Part shown: in pieces, positions 51,769 through 64,000 of the stretch
How positions within the stretch are numbered: the first letter of the stretch is position 1
How the letters are laid out: every line of letters begins with the position of its first letter
The notes under the pieces: generated by a model
What the model was told of the DNA's origin: nothing
The model's database searches: none
The model's input: the letters and a program-made list of their open reading frames with translations, nothing else
NCBI GenBank assembly: GCA_951406725.2
Contig: OX597819.1
Span: forward strand, 48,298,001-48,362,000
From: Octopus vulgaris
Lineage: Eukaryota
Length of the DNA stretch: 64,000 bases
Direction of reading: 5' to 3'
Made by a program: the position numbers and the translations under genes

Positions 51769-53425
51769 CTTTGAGTTGCGGTTGGTTATTTATTGGTTGT
51801 TTGACGTCGTTTTGTTGCAGTTGTTCTCCATGGGACTGCCTCGTGTTTAAAAACTGTTAATGTCTTTTGACACATTGTTTGCCTGAACAGGCTTGATTTT
51901 CATGTTGTTCCTTCATTAGGGGTGAATTGTTTGCATTTTGTGTGGGAATTGTGCCTGCACAAAATGACTAGTGATTTGTATGATGTGTTGGAGCTCCTAG
52001 AGAGCATTGACTCGGAGTACGAAAGTGACTCGGAAGAAAGTGTGAAAGATTATGCAGTAGCAGTCAGTAAGTGGCAAAAAAGATACAGCATCATGCCAGA
52101 AGCAGTGGAAACATTTCAACCAATTTTGCAGGGAGATGGAGTAAAAGTGAGATTGACTACCCCCAAAGAAGCCACAGAGGATCGTTTATAGAACACTATC
52201 TCTTGAAACAAAGAAGATAGAGATTGTATCTACCAAAGAAATTGAAAAGGCCTTAAAGCCTATTTTGTTCAAGGTAGCATATATGAAAAGAGGGAAGAAG
52301 TTTGGTACTGTGTAGGTACAATTTGTGTCAGAATATGATGCTAGGGATGATTCCGTGATCACCCTGCAGACAAATGAGCTGACTCTTTTGCCATCATACC
52401 TTGGCAAATGAACCACAAAAATCACAATAGAAGGTTATCCACCTGAAATTAGATCAATGTGGTTTCTGGCAGCTGCTTGCTTCAATATCAAGGAGGAGGT
52501 GATACTGCTGGAGTTTGAGGAGAAAAAAGTGTAGAACTGGTGTGGTGGGAGTCTTTGGGTGACAATTCAAGCCACACCAGTGGAATTGGAGGAAACTCCA
52601 GAATTTATAATTCTGTCAGATGAGACACAACTGAGAGTCTTGGTCCAGAGCAGAATCCTAGGACGTTTTGTGTGTGGGCTGAAGGGACACATAAGGAAAA
52701 CGTTTCCCCAGGTCCTTCAACCTGAAGCACAAGGTAAAAAACAGGATAAACAAAAGGAACAGAAAGAGAAGCCCAATGAGGAAGCTCCAGGTGAGAAGGA
52801 AGGGGAGCAGGAAGAGGTGAAGAAGACAATGGAGAAAGAGAATTGTGTGCCGGAGGAAGCCGGACCGTTCACATCTACTGAGGTAAGTGAAGAGGAATGA
52901 TCAATTGCAGGGAAGAAGAGGAAAAAAAGTTCTCATTCTCTTCCTCCAACAAACACAAAAGCTTAAAAACAAATGCACAAGAACAGATACAAATGCAGAC
53001 AAAAGACAATACAAACGCAGACAGCAAAAAGGAAAAAGATACCCCGCAAAAGAACACTGAATATACAACATGCAGCAAGTACAAAGAGACAAAAGTAAAT
53101 GCACAAGAACAGATACGAATGCAGAGAAAAACATTACAAACACAAACAGCAAAAAAAAGTTATCCCAAACAAGAACACTGAATATACAATACAAGCAACA
53201 CACAGCAAGGACAATGAGACAAAAATAAAAGAACTGCTTAAAACCTTTTTCGAAAAATGTTCAACAACATTATCTGGAGTGTGGTGTTAGAGTTGACATC
53301 ATTCTATCTTTTCATTTATCATTACCATTTTTTACATTCGATTTTATTTTTCCCCACTTTTGTGTTTTGTCTGTCTTTGTGCTGTCCCCTCTATGTTTGA
53401 CCCTGTGTGATTAATAAAGGAATAG
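51769..53425 (+). mobile_element. Decayed retroposon, ORF1-like only, inserted in the 3' LTR
   Basis: Broken ORFs 51922-53290 with zinc-knuckle remnant FVCGLKGHIRKTFP; AATAAA near the end; diverged 17-bp TSD CAGTCAGCGAAGTACGC / CAGTCATCAAGGTATGC. Confidence 0.6.
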
Positions 53426-53600
53426 CAGTCATCAAGGTATGCTGTTTGAGCCAATCCCGCAGAGACAATGAAATATGTTGTCGTAATGTGGGACATAACA
53501 CATTTTTATGCTCATATGCACTCTTTTGATCACCAATACCAAGGACAAGACATTGGAGGAGAGCTTTCTGCATTTGAGTGGAATCAGCTTAGAAAGATGT

Positions 53601-53898
53601 TTGTTCCTTCCCGAGCCATGCCTGGCTCAAAAGGGCTGGTTTCCCGGTTTCCTTCGTGTATAGGTTCCTCACCTGGACAAGATGCCGGTCTGTCGCAGGT
53701 GAGCTGTAAGATGCAGGAGGAAAGAGTGAGAGAAAGTTGTGGTGAAAGAGTCAGCAGAAGTTTGCCATTACCTTATGCCGGAGCCGCGTGGAGCTTAGGT
53801 GCTTTGCTCATAAACACACATTGCCCGGTCTGAGATTCGAACCCACGATCCCTCAACCATGAGTCCACTGCTCTAACCACCAGGCCATGTACCTCCAT
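53601..53898 (-). mobile_element. tRNA-derived SINE (OR-like head, different tail)
   Basis: GGTTCGAATCT B box; 12-bp TSD TTAGAAAGATGT (53589-53600, 53899-53910). Confidence 0.88.
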
Positions 53899-54534
53899 TT
53901 AGAAAGATGTAGGTGCGGATAATTTACACTGTTGCTACTTAGAGTTTCTTATTAAGTACAATGTTTCACATAGTAACCATGGAATGAGACATCAGCTTTT
54001 AGAGGATAATTTCTGTAGGTATGAAATACTGTATCACCTGTTTGTACACCCAAACATATGTGTGTACACACACACATCATCATTTAATGTCCACTTCTCC
54101 ATTCTTGCATGGGCCATATGGAATTTGTTGAGGCAGATTTTCTATGGCTGGATGCCCTTCCTGTTGCCAATGTTTCCCATGATCAGACATGATTTTTCAT
54201 GTAAGAATGGAAATAAGAGTCACTTGTATGATGGAGAAGTTTGCTTACAAGCATCACATGGTGACAAGACAAGAGTAAATACACATATGTATTTATATAT
54301 ATACATACACACACATTTCATTTCTGTCCACGAGATCCCCCTACAAGACTTTGGTTGACTTGGGTTATAGTAGAAGACACTTACCCAAGTAAGGGATGTA
54401 GCCAAGTTCTAAAGTTAGGGGGAGCAAGTACATAAAAGACACTGTGACACACATGAACCAACTTTTAACTCATTGATTATACATTTTATAAAAGTCGCCA
54501 ATTTAAAAAAATTGTTTGGAGGAGTGGTTGCTCC

Positions 54535-56020
54535 CCTGAAGCATGTTTACCATCCATCAATCCATCCATCCATCCAACCATCCATCCATCCATCCATCCA
54601 TCCATCCATCCATCCATCCATCTCACTTATGTTTGTATGAAAAAACGAGTGTATCTGAAGCATGTTTACCATCCATCCATCTATCCAATCGTACATCCAT
54701 CCATCCATCTCACTTATATTTGTATGAATAAACGAGTGTATCTGAAGCATGTTTACCATCAAACCATCCATCCATCCATCCATCCAGCCATCTATCCATC
54801 CATCAATCTCACTTATGTTTGTATGAATAAATGAGTGTATCTGAAGCATGTTTACCATCGATCGATCCATCCATCATTCTATCCATTCATCGATCCATCC
54901 ATCCATCTCACTTATGTTTGTATGAATAAACGAGTGTATCTGAAGCATGTTTACCATCCATCCATCTATCCAATCGTACATCCATCCATCCATCTCACTT
55001 ATATTTGTATGAATAAATGAGTGTATCTGAAGCATGTTTACCATCAAACCATCCATCCATCCATCCATCCAGCCATCTATCCATCCATCAATCTCACTTA
55101 TGTTTGTATGAATAAATGAGTGTATCTGAAGCATGTTTACCATCGATCGATCCATCCATCATTCTATCCATTCATCGATCCATCCATCCATCTCACTTAT
55201 GTTTGTATGAATAAACGAGTGTATCTGAAGCATGTTTACCATCCATCTCACTTATGTTTGTAAGAATAAAAGAGTGTATCTGAAGCATGTTCACCATCCA
55301 TCCATCCACCCATCCATCCATCCATTGATCCATCCATCCATCCATCCATCCAACCATCCATCCATCCATCCATCCATCCATCCATCCATCTCACTTGTTT
55401 TGTATGAATAAACGAGTGTATCTGAAGCATGTTTACCATCCATCAATCCATCCTTCCATCGATCGATCGATCCATCCATCCAATCATACATCTATGCATC
55501 CATCCATCCCTCCATCCATCAATTCATCCATCTTCTTATGCTTGTATGAATAAACGAGTGTATCTGAAGCATGTTTAACTTCCATCCATCCATCCATCCA
55601 ACCATCTGTCCATCCTTCCATCCATCCATCTCACTTATATTTGTATGAATAAACGAGTGTATCTGAAGCATGTTTACCATCCGTCGATCCATCCAACCAT
55701 CTATCCATCCATCCCTCATCCATCCATCCAACCATCCATCCATCCATCTCACTTATATTTGTATGAATAAACGAGTGTATCTGAAGCATGTTTACCATCC
55801 GTCGATCCATCCAACCATCTATCCATCCATCCCTCATCCATCCATCCAACCATCCATCCATCCATTCATTCATCCATCCATCCATCTCACTTATGTTTGT
55901 ATGAATAAATGTGTGTATCTGAAGCATGTTTACCATCGAACCATCCATCCATCCATCAATCTCACTAATATTTGTATGAATAAACAAGTGAATCTGAAAC
56001 ATGTTTACCATCCATCCATC
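54535..56020. repeat. Compound minisatellite: about 15 copies of a ~50-bp core separated by variable (CCAT)n
   Basis: CATCTCACTTATGTTTGTATGAATAAACGAGTGTATCTGAAGCATGTTTAC recurs every 55-140 bp. Confidence 0.95.
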
Positions 56021-56293
56021 CATACCATTCCATCCATCCCTACCATATCATCCATCCATACCTTCCATACCATACCATACCATACCATCCTTCCCATACC
56101 ATCCAACCATCCATGCCATCCATCTATCATTACCATCCATCCCTATAATCCATCCATTTCATCCGTCGAAAGGATGAATGGCAAAGTTGACCTCAGCAGA
56201 ATTTGTACTCAGAACGTAACGGCAGACGAAATACGGTTAAGCATTTTGCCTGGCGTGCTAACGATTCTGCCAGGTCGCCGCCTTTCGCGGAGA

Positions 56294-56348
<55 letters not shown>

Positions 56349-57900
56349 TATATATCTCTCTCTCTATATATATATATATTCTAAATTCAAACAAATTTCT
56401 AACAGGCGTGTTTTTTAAAACTAATAATTACCCATCAATCCCTCCCTCCATCCATCCATCCCATCAATCCATACCATAACATTCATACCATCCATCCATA
56501 CTACATATCCATAGCGTCCATCCATACCATCCCTCCATCCTAGCCATGCATACCATCTATCCATACCATCCGTACAATACCATCCACACCATCCTTCCAT
56601 ACCATACCAACAATCCATACTATACACACCATCCATCGCATACCATCCATCCACACCATCCATCCATACCATCCATCCATACCACGCCATTCATAACATA
56701 CTATCCATACCACCTAAACCACACCACCCATTCATAACATACTATCCATACCACCTAAACCACACCACCCAAACTATACCATTCATGCCATACCATCCAT
56801 CCTTCCCATTCAGCCATACCATCCATATCATCCGCATATACCATACCATCCCTTCACCCATCCATATCATACTATCAATACCATAACATCCATACCATGC
56901 CATACATCCATAACATCCATACCATATCCATCCATTTAAATTCAAACAAATAATTTCTAACAGGCATTTTGTTTTAAAATAGTAATTATCCGTCCATGTA
57001 CATCATCCATAACATACCATCCATCCATAATATACCATCCACACCTTACCCTCCATCCATCCATACCATCCACAACATCAATACCATACCTTCCATCCAC
57101 CCATCCATACCACACCATACCTTCCATAACATCCATCCACACTATATCATACTATGCAAACCATCAATCCATTCATACCATCCATACATCCACCAATCCA
57201 CACCATAACATCCACAACTTACCATCCATACCATACCATTCACCCATACATTCTCATACCATCCATTAATCCATCCCATACCATCCAAACCATACAATCC
57301 ATATCATCCATCCATCCAGCCACCCATCTATTAAATTCAAACAGGCGTTTTTTTAAAACTAATAATTACTCATCAATCCAATCCATCCACACCTTTCCTC
57401 CATACAACATATCCATACCATACCATCCATCCATCCTACCATAACATCCATACCATGCCATCCACACCATCCATTCATACCATACCATCTATTCCATATT
57501 ACCCAAACCACACCACCCATACCATGCCATCCATCCCTCCCATTCATGCAAACCATCCCCCACCCATCCATATCATACCATAACATCCATACCATGCCAT
57601 ACATCCATCTAAATTCAAACAAATAATTTCTAACAGGCATTTTGTTTTAAAATGGTAATTATCCATCCATCAATCCATGCCATACCATACCCTCCATCCA
57701 TCGATACCATTCCGTCCATAACATCCACCCTCTCCATCCATCTAAATTCAAACACAAATAATTTGTATCAGGCATTTTGTTTAAAACTAATAATTATCCA
57801 TCAATCCATTCATACCATACCATACCATCCATTTATCCGTCCACCCATCCACCCACCCTTACATCTTTCAATCCATCCCTCCGACCATCTGTCCATCCAT
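56020..57900. repeat. Degenerate (CCATA)n/(CCAT)n satellite with five copies of a second ~55-bp core, a SINE fragment and (TA)n
   Basis: TAAATTCAAACAAATAATTTCTAACAGGCATTTTGTTTTAAAA at about 56381, 56937, 57332, 57610, 57742. Confidence 0.85.
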
Positions 57901-59564
57901 CCCGCTTTCCATGCTGGCATGGGGTTGGATGATTTGACAGGAGATGGCCAGCGGAAAAGCTGCCCAGGCTCTTTGTTTTGGCATAGTTTCTACGGCTGGG
58001 TGCCTTTCCTAACGCCAACCACATTACAGATTGTATTGGGTGCCTTTTACGCAACACTGGCACAGGTTTTACGTAGTACTGGTACGGGCGCTGTTTACGT
58101 GACACCAGCACACGCGCCTGCAAAATAAGGAATGCTCAGCTAGCGAGGAATTCAGGGGACAAGGACAACCACGCTTTTACTTCGGTTGAAGTGTCTTTTC
58201 AAGCACAGTAAACCGCTAGGAGTCTCGGTCCCCTGTCAATCCCCTCTGTGAGTCCCAACATCTTATGTAAGATAAAATGGTACTCAGCAGTAGAGTTTGT
58301 ATATTTCATTAAAATTTGAAATATCACATTGTTGTTACTAAGAGTTTGCCGTTATCGATGTTCATGAATAGTGGTGACTCTAAAATCTAAGTAACAACAA
58401 TATGCTAAGATGATAATATATTTATGTGCATATGTTTGTGTACAAGGTTTATCAAGGATTATTATCAGCGAACATTCCTCAATCTGAGTTTTAAACCATA
58501 ATCTTCCGGAAGAGAATTTCACGTGGCTAACCGGAAGTCTACGATGGTTCAAGGGTGGTAACTCTTCAACGTTAGGAGTTAATATTATTTTGTTTTCATT
58601 TGACTTTCGGATTTATGCACGTTTTTTAAAAACATTAACGTGGTCTTTTTTTCGATTCATTTACCAAACAAATTCCAATTTGAAGTTTTTACTACTATTT
58701 GCTTTACCGCAAAGATGTCTTTAATGAGATATAGCGCCCGTTCATCACTTGCTGGAGCAATTTTACTACGGATGAAACATGATGAAATGCACCGTAACAG
58801 TAATCATTCCTATGTACGTGACACAAATCAGTCCCCTTTCTATTTAGTAGATTCCTTGTACTTCTGCTACATAAATTGATATATGTGGTGCGAGTGTTTG
58901 TGTGTATTGTGCGTACGTTTTTTTTGTGTGTGTTAGGTTATATCATATTACATTATATATAATTCGATATTAGACATCACAATCGTCAATTTTAAACTGA
59001 AGAAAGAAGACCGAAGTTTAGAAAAACAGCAAATCCATTGACAGTTCTCAAAACACTTAGAAGTTGTTTATCGGGCGACCACCCTCACTCAGGTGCCTGT
59101 CTCGTACTGATGTCTTTTACTGTCTCATACTGGTGTTTGTAATGTCTAATTTGTATTAAAATCGTAGTCGTTAATTTATGTGTTTATTCAGTTTCTTGGA
59201 ATGAATGCTATGTATATTGTTTGTAGTTGTTTAGTCCTAAATTAACTCTGAATAAACAGACCTATGATCAGAAGCAACCCTGCCATGATATCCCGTGTAT
59301 TCCTCTTAAGATGGGCAGTGTGGTTTAAAGGAGACTTGATTTCTTTTTCTAGCGGATGATTGACCACGTAGAGGTTCCCACGTTTGTTCAGTATTTTGAA
59401 GCCGTGTAACAGTAACTACGTCAGGATATTGATTTTTTACACTTTAGTGAAGAAATAGTTTTTTTCTGGTATTCCTACAGATGTGTACCCCCACCGACTT
59501 TGTTACTTCGTAACTTCCAGAAAAATGGATATTTTTAAATGAAAATTTTTTTACGAATATGCTT

Positions 59565-59970
59565 AGGAGTGGCTGTGTGGTAAGTAGCTTGCTTACCAAC
59601 CACATGGTTCCGGGTTCAGTCCCACTGCGTGGCACCTTGGGCAAGTGTCTTCTACTATAGCCTCGGGCCGACCAAAGCCTTGTGAGTGGATTTGGTAGAC
59701 GGAAACTGAAAGAAGCCCGTCGTATATATGTATATATATATATATATATATGTGTGTGTTTGTGTGTCTGTGTTTGTCCCCCTAGCATTGCTTGACAACC
59801 GATGCGGGTGTGTTTATGTCCCCGTTACCTAGCGGTTCGGCAAAAGAGACCGATAGAATAAGTACTGGGCTTACAAAGAATAAGTCCCGGGGTCGAGTTG
59901 CTCGACTAAAGGCGGTGCTCCAGCATGGCTGCAGCCAAAATGGCTGAAACAAGTAAAAGAGTAAGAGTAG
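59565..59970 (+). mobile_element. SINE family 1, young copy
   Basis: Near-consensus sequence. Confidence 0.9.
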
Positions 59971-60014
59971 AGGATGTAAATTCTGATTATATCGGAGTAT
60001 TTGGTAAAAATATT

Positions 60015-60415
60015 TTTCCGAAGTGGGGTGAGGAGTTTCGGGAAATTCACGCGACACGTTTTTCTTTATTCATAACTTTAAGGAAAATAGGTAATATTTA
60101 ATGAGAATTTCTACAAATATATCGGAATTTGATGTGAAAAGTAAAATAATGAGCACACACATACATACTGACACGCATCACAATTTTTTCGAAATTTCGA
60201 GTTTCATTTTCTAGATATATGTGATGTGTGTCAGTATGTATATATATACGAGACCACATGGTAAACATGTTTTTTCATATAATCATAATCTACACATCCT
60301 GAAAGGTATTTATAGAAAATTTCATGAAAGATTACCAATTTTTCTGAAAGTTATGTGTAAAGAAATCCGTCTCGTGTAAATTTCCGGAAACTCTTCAACC
60401 CACCCTCAGAAACAC
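60015..60415. repeat. Long imperfect inverted repeat (foldback/MITE-like)
   Basis: Arms at about 60015-60125 and 60300-60415; inner CATACTGACACGCATCACA / TGTGATGTGTGTCAGTATG. Confidence 0.75.
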
Positions 60416-61001
60416 ATTTTCACAATAAATTTCGATATGATGAGAATCTACATAATCTAAAGCATATAAGTACACAATTTCGTTTATATGTTATTTTTGT
60501 CAAACTACTACATAATTCAATTGTTCGAAGTAAACCATCTAATCATTGACGTTAATATAATATTTTAATGTGAAAGTTTAGGGAGGAATGAAGAGTCATC
60601 ATCATTGGAGGTGACAACAATAGTTCTTTGTGGATAGGAGGAAGATTGTATTGTGAGATACAACACCATATGGAGCACAAGAGAATAGAGAGAGTGAGTG
60701 GCTCTATCAGTGCATGTCATGATAGTATGACCTGTTAGGAAGTCACTGATCCTAGATGTGAGAGACAGGTAGCCCATAAGTGGTTAGTTTTGTGAGGTGA
60801 TTTGCATACCAGACACAGATGAAAGCTTTGCTGATATTGAGGGTGAGAGCCAACAACATAAGAGAATAGATATCAATTTAGTGTGGCTTTATGTAAGTTG
60901 TATAGTTGGTTATTAAAGAGAGAGAGAGAGAGAGATAAGGTATTGAGGAAGGTGGTTTATTAACAACTATCTTCATCACTTTTGTTATATTCTTTTCTAC
61001 T

Positions 61002-61203
61002 CTAGGCACAAGGCCTGAAATTTACGGGGAGGGAGCCAGTCAATTAGCTTGACTCCAGTACGCAACTGGTACTTAATTTATTGACCCTGAAGGATGAAAA
61101 GCAAAGTCAACCTCGGCGGAATTTGAACTCAGAATGTAAAGACAGATGAAATACTGCTAAGCATTTCCCCCAGTGCGGTAAGGTTTCTGCCAGCTCGCCA
61201 CCT
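61002..61203 (-). mobile_element. tRNA-derived SINE, family 3
   Basis: GAGTTCAAATTCC B box on - strand; related copies at about 19400, 56165, 63305, 63561. Confidence 0.8.
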
Positions 61204-61590
61204 TATCACTTCTGTTATATTGAAAGGAAATGTAATAGGATGATAATTGGTAGGGGTTGTCTTCCTTGGGAATGAAACATTGTTGCATGTTTCCAAACTG
61301 GGATACATCCTTTGAGAAAAAGAATGATTGAAAAGTTCAGTGAAAAGAGGGTCTGTCTCTGAGGTGTATTGTTTAAAGTTAAAGCCCCCCCAAAAGGAAA
61401 AAAAATTGTTAGGGTGTGTGGCCATGTTGGTTTGAAAACATTAGTGGTGCTTTATGAACATTTGGCATGTATATGTGCATGGTGGCAAGCCTGGTGGAGT
61501 GAAAGGGGATAGACTTGAAGGAAAATTATCAAGAGTGTACTGTGTAGAACTGAATGCAAGGCAAACAGCAACTGTGGATACTTTATCCAT

Positions 61591-62101
61591 TGTGACCCCC
61601 TTCGGTCATTAATGACCATAGGATTGCTCCTAGAAAGTTACCTTCCAAGGCACAAGTCTGGGCAAGGTTGTTTATGGAAGACTAGTAGTTGCCCATGCAT
61701 ACCAGCTTCTCCTCTCCACGCCACTGATGTTATCCAAGGAAAAGGCAAAGGCTGATATAGCTTGGCACCAGTTATGTTGCAGCTCATTTATTAATGTGCA
61801 AGTGGCTGAGCACTCCACAGACACATGTACCCTTAACGTAGTTCTCAGGGAGATTCAGCGTGACACAGAGTGTGACAAGGCTGGCCCTTTGAAATACAAG
61901 TACAACGAAACAGGAAGAAAGGGTGAGAGAAAGTTGTGGTGAAAGAGTACAGCAGGGTTCACCACCACCCCCTGCCGGAGCCTCGAGGAGCTTTAGGTGT
62001 TTTTGCTCAATAAACACTCACAATGCCTGGTCTGGAGATCAAAACCACAATCCTACGACTGCGAGTCCGCTGTCCTAACCACTGGGCCATTGTACCTCCA
62101 C
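61591..62101 (-). mobile_element. Full-length OR-like tRNA-derived SINE
   Basis: tRNA-like head; 11-bp TSD ACTTTATCCAT (61580-61590, 62102-62112). Confidence 0.9.
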
Positions 62102-63560
62102 ACTTTATCCATAAGAGATCTAGAAAAGCACCATGGTTGAGAAGCTGGTAGAAATCCTTTTGGCAAGGGATCAAAAGGATTGGTTATAGTTTGGGATTTG
62201 GGAGAATTTGAAGGCTGTGTGGTGCAGGGAGGATCCTTTGTAGTTTAGATGATGGTTTGCATATTTTTTTTTATAATGGAAGCGCCTGATTTAGTGTTTA
62301 GGGTGTTGGATATATGATTGTAAGATTGTGGTTTTGATTCCTGGACTTGCTGATACATTGTTGTTCTTGAGCAAACCACTTCATTTCACATTGTTCCAGC
62401 CCATTCTGCTGGTAAAAATGAGTAATCCTGTTCAGAGAGGAATATATATATATATATCCTTGGTCCAAGCCATGTCATCATGGACAGTGGATGTTAGATG
62501 ATGATGCTGATCCTAGACTGAGTGGTGTGTTGTTTTCTTGAGCAAAACACTTCATCTCACTTTGCTCTGTGATCCATTCGACACCCGACACATGACACAC
62601 AGTGCACCTGTTCAGACAATGTTAATTGATGGAGAGAATGAGCTGATGTGTGGCATGAACATTTGGTCACTATAAACAAATCATTTGTGCAAGTCGCTTG
62701 GCAACAGCTGAATGCTCATACGACATCTTCAATGGGAGAGTCCATCATATATATATATATGCCAGAGGAACCGTGATACTACGCACTGGGGTCGATGTAG
62801 TCGACTTAATCCCTTTGTCTGTCCTTGTTTGTCCCCTCTGTGTTTAGCCCCTTGTGGGTAGTAAAGAAATATATATATATATATATATGCCAGAGGAACC
62901 GTGATACTGGTCCTATGCTCCTTATGGAGTAATGTGGATTAACCATGTTTTCTATAACTTTGCTTACGAAAGATTACTTTGCTGTTAGACAGGTTACATC
63001 TTTACAGTTGACTGGTCTGTATTTAGCAAGGTGTGCCAGCTATAAAAACAGCAACTTCAACAATATCCATACGTCCAAAGTCTAAACCATTGAAATAATA
63101 CTGGCATAACAAAAGGGTGTAAAAATAATGCAAACTAGTGAAATAAAACTGTTAAATATATTTGTAATTTGAATTTAATTTATTTTCAATTTTGTAAGAG
63201 ACAACTAGCTTAAATTTTGAACATAACTAAAATTTCTTACAAATTTGACTATGTTGTTAAAAACTGAAAAAGATTGTTATATTCACGTACCATATACTGG
63301 TTTTGAATTTTAGCACAAGCCATGTAGGTTCAGGGGAGGTGGGTAAGTTGATAATATCACCCCAGTGCCCTGAAAGGATGAATGACAAAGACAACTTTGG
63401 TGGAATTTGAACTCAGAATGTAAAGACGGATGAAATGCCACTAATATTTTACCTGGTGTGCTAACAATTTTGCCAGCTCATCATCTTAAAACATTTCATT
63501 GTTACTCAGCCCAACAGGCTGTGTGTCCAAGATATTTGTGTACCAAATATTCTTTTCTTC

Positions 63561-63762
63561 TCTAGGCACAAGGCCTGAAATATTTGGGGAGGGGGCCAGT
63601 TGATTAGATCGACCCCAGTATGCAACTGGTACTTAATTTATCAACCCCAAAAGGATGAAAGGCAAAGTTGACCTCAGTGGAATTTGAACTCAGAATGTGA
63701 AGACAAACGAAATACTGCTAAACATTTCATCCAGCTTGCTAACGTTTTTGCCAACTTGTCAT
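63561..63762 (-). mobile_element. tRNA-derived SINE, family 3
   Basis: Matches 61002-61203. Confidence 0.8.
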
Positions 63763-64000
63763 CTTTCATGAACCAACAAATTCATCAGTCATTAACAATC
63801 TCTCAAATCTATTATACTTCATTTGTACTTTTCTCTTATATTTCTTGCTGACTTTATTTTCTTAACATTTAAAAAAACAAATAAAAACCCTAATAAATTG
63901 TGTGTACAGGCATTGAGGTTAATTTTCCCAAATTTGAACATTTCTATGCGTGTAAATTAATTTTAGTCTGGAAGAAATGGAGTTAATGTGCTTTGTGTAC

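Larger units (their letters stand above)
49915..53500 (+). mobile_element. Non-autonomous LTR retroelement (short LTRs, gypsy-like signals)
   Basis: 5' LTR TGTT..AACA 49915-50067; PBS TGGCAACGAGGAT 50069; PPT GAAGGTGGGAGG 51677-51688; 3' LTR 51689-53500 split by an insertion; 4-bp TSD CATT; no gag/pol. Confidence 0.8.

Noticed and set aside
54535-56020. CRISPR-like look (constant repeat with variable spacers)
   Set aside because: Spacers are (CCAT)n slippage variants, the DNA is eukaryotic, and there are no cas genes
54543-58128. Many ORFs (MDGW/IHPS repeats, up to 269 aa)
   Set aside because: Translations of stop-free microsatellite

Overview
AT-rich, intron-containing animal DNA; the SINE families and (TA)n/(CCAT)n landscape are typical of Octopus (inferred). 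It holds two convergent cytoplasmic ribosomal protein genes. RPL23/uL14 is on + (5 coding exons, 18327-22102, 140 aa) and RPL14/eL14 is on - (5 coding exons, 43933-32640, 153 aa); each has a 5'TOP-like start. The main finding is eleven box C/D snoRNA genes in RPL14 introns: ten in the 7.8-kb third intron, amplified by a ~1.2-kb tandem duplication, and one in intron 2. Six copies carry the U49/SNORD49 guide GGAAGTGCCGT. Five related copies carry an altered guide (ATACGGAAGTGGT) and alternate with them. The rest is transposon debris: SINEs, a decayed CR1-like LINE, a mariner remnant, Merlin-, piggyBac- and Tc1-like MITEs, a non-autonomous LTR element with three primer-binding sites, and a minisatellite whose core matches the inside of one MITE. 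All coordinates and alignments were read by eye, and family identifications are from recall rather than database searches.
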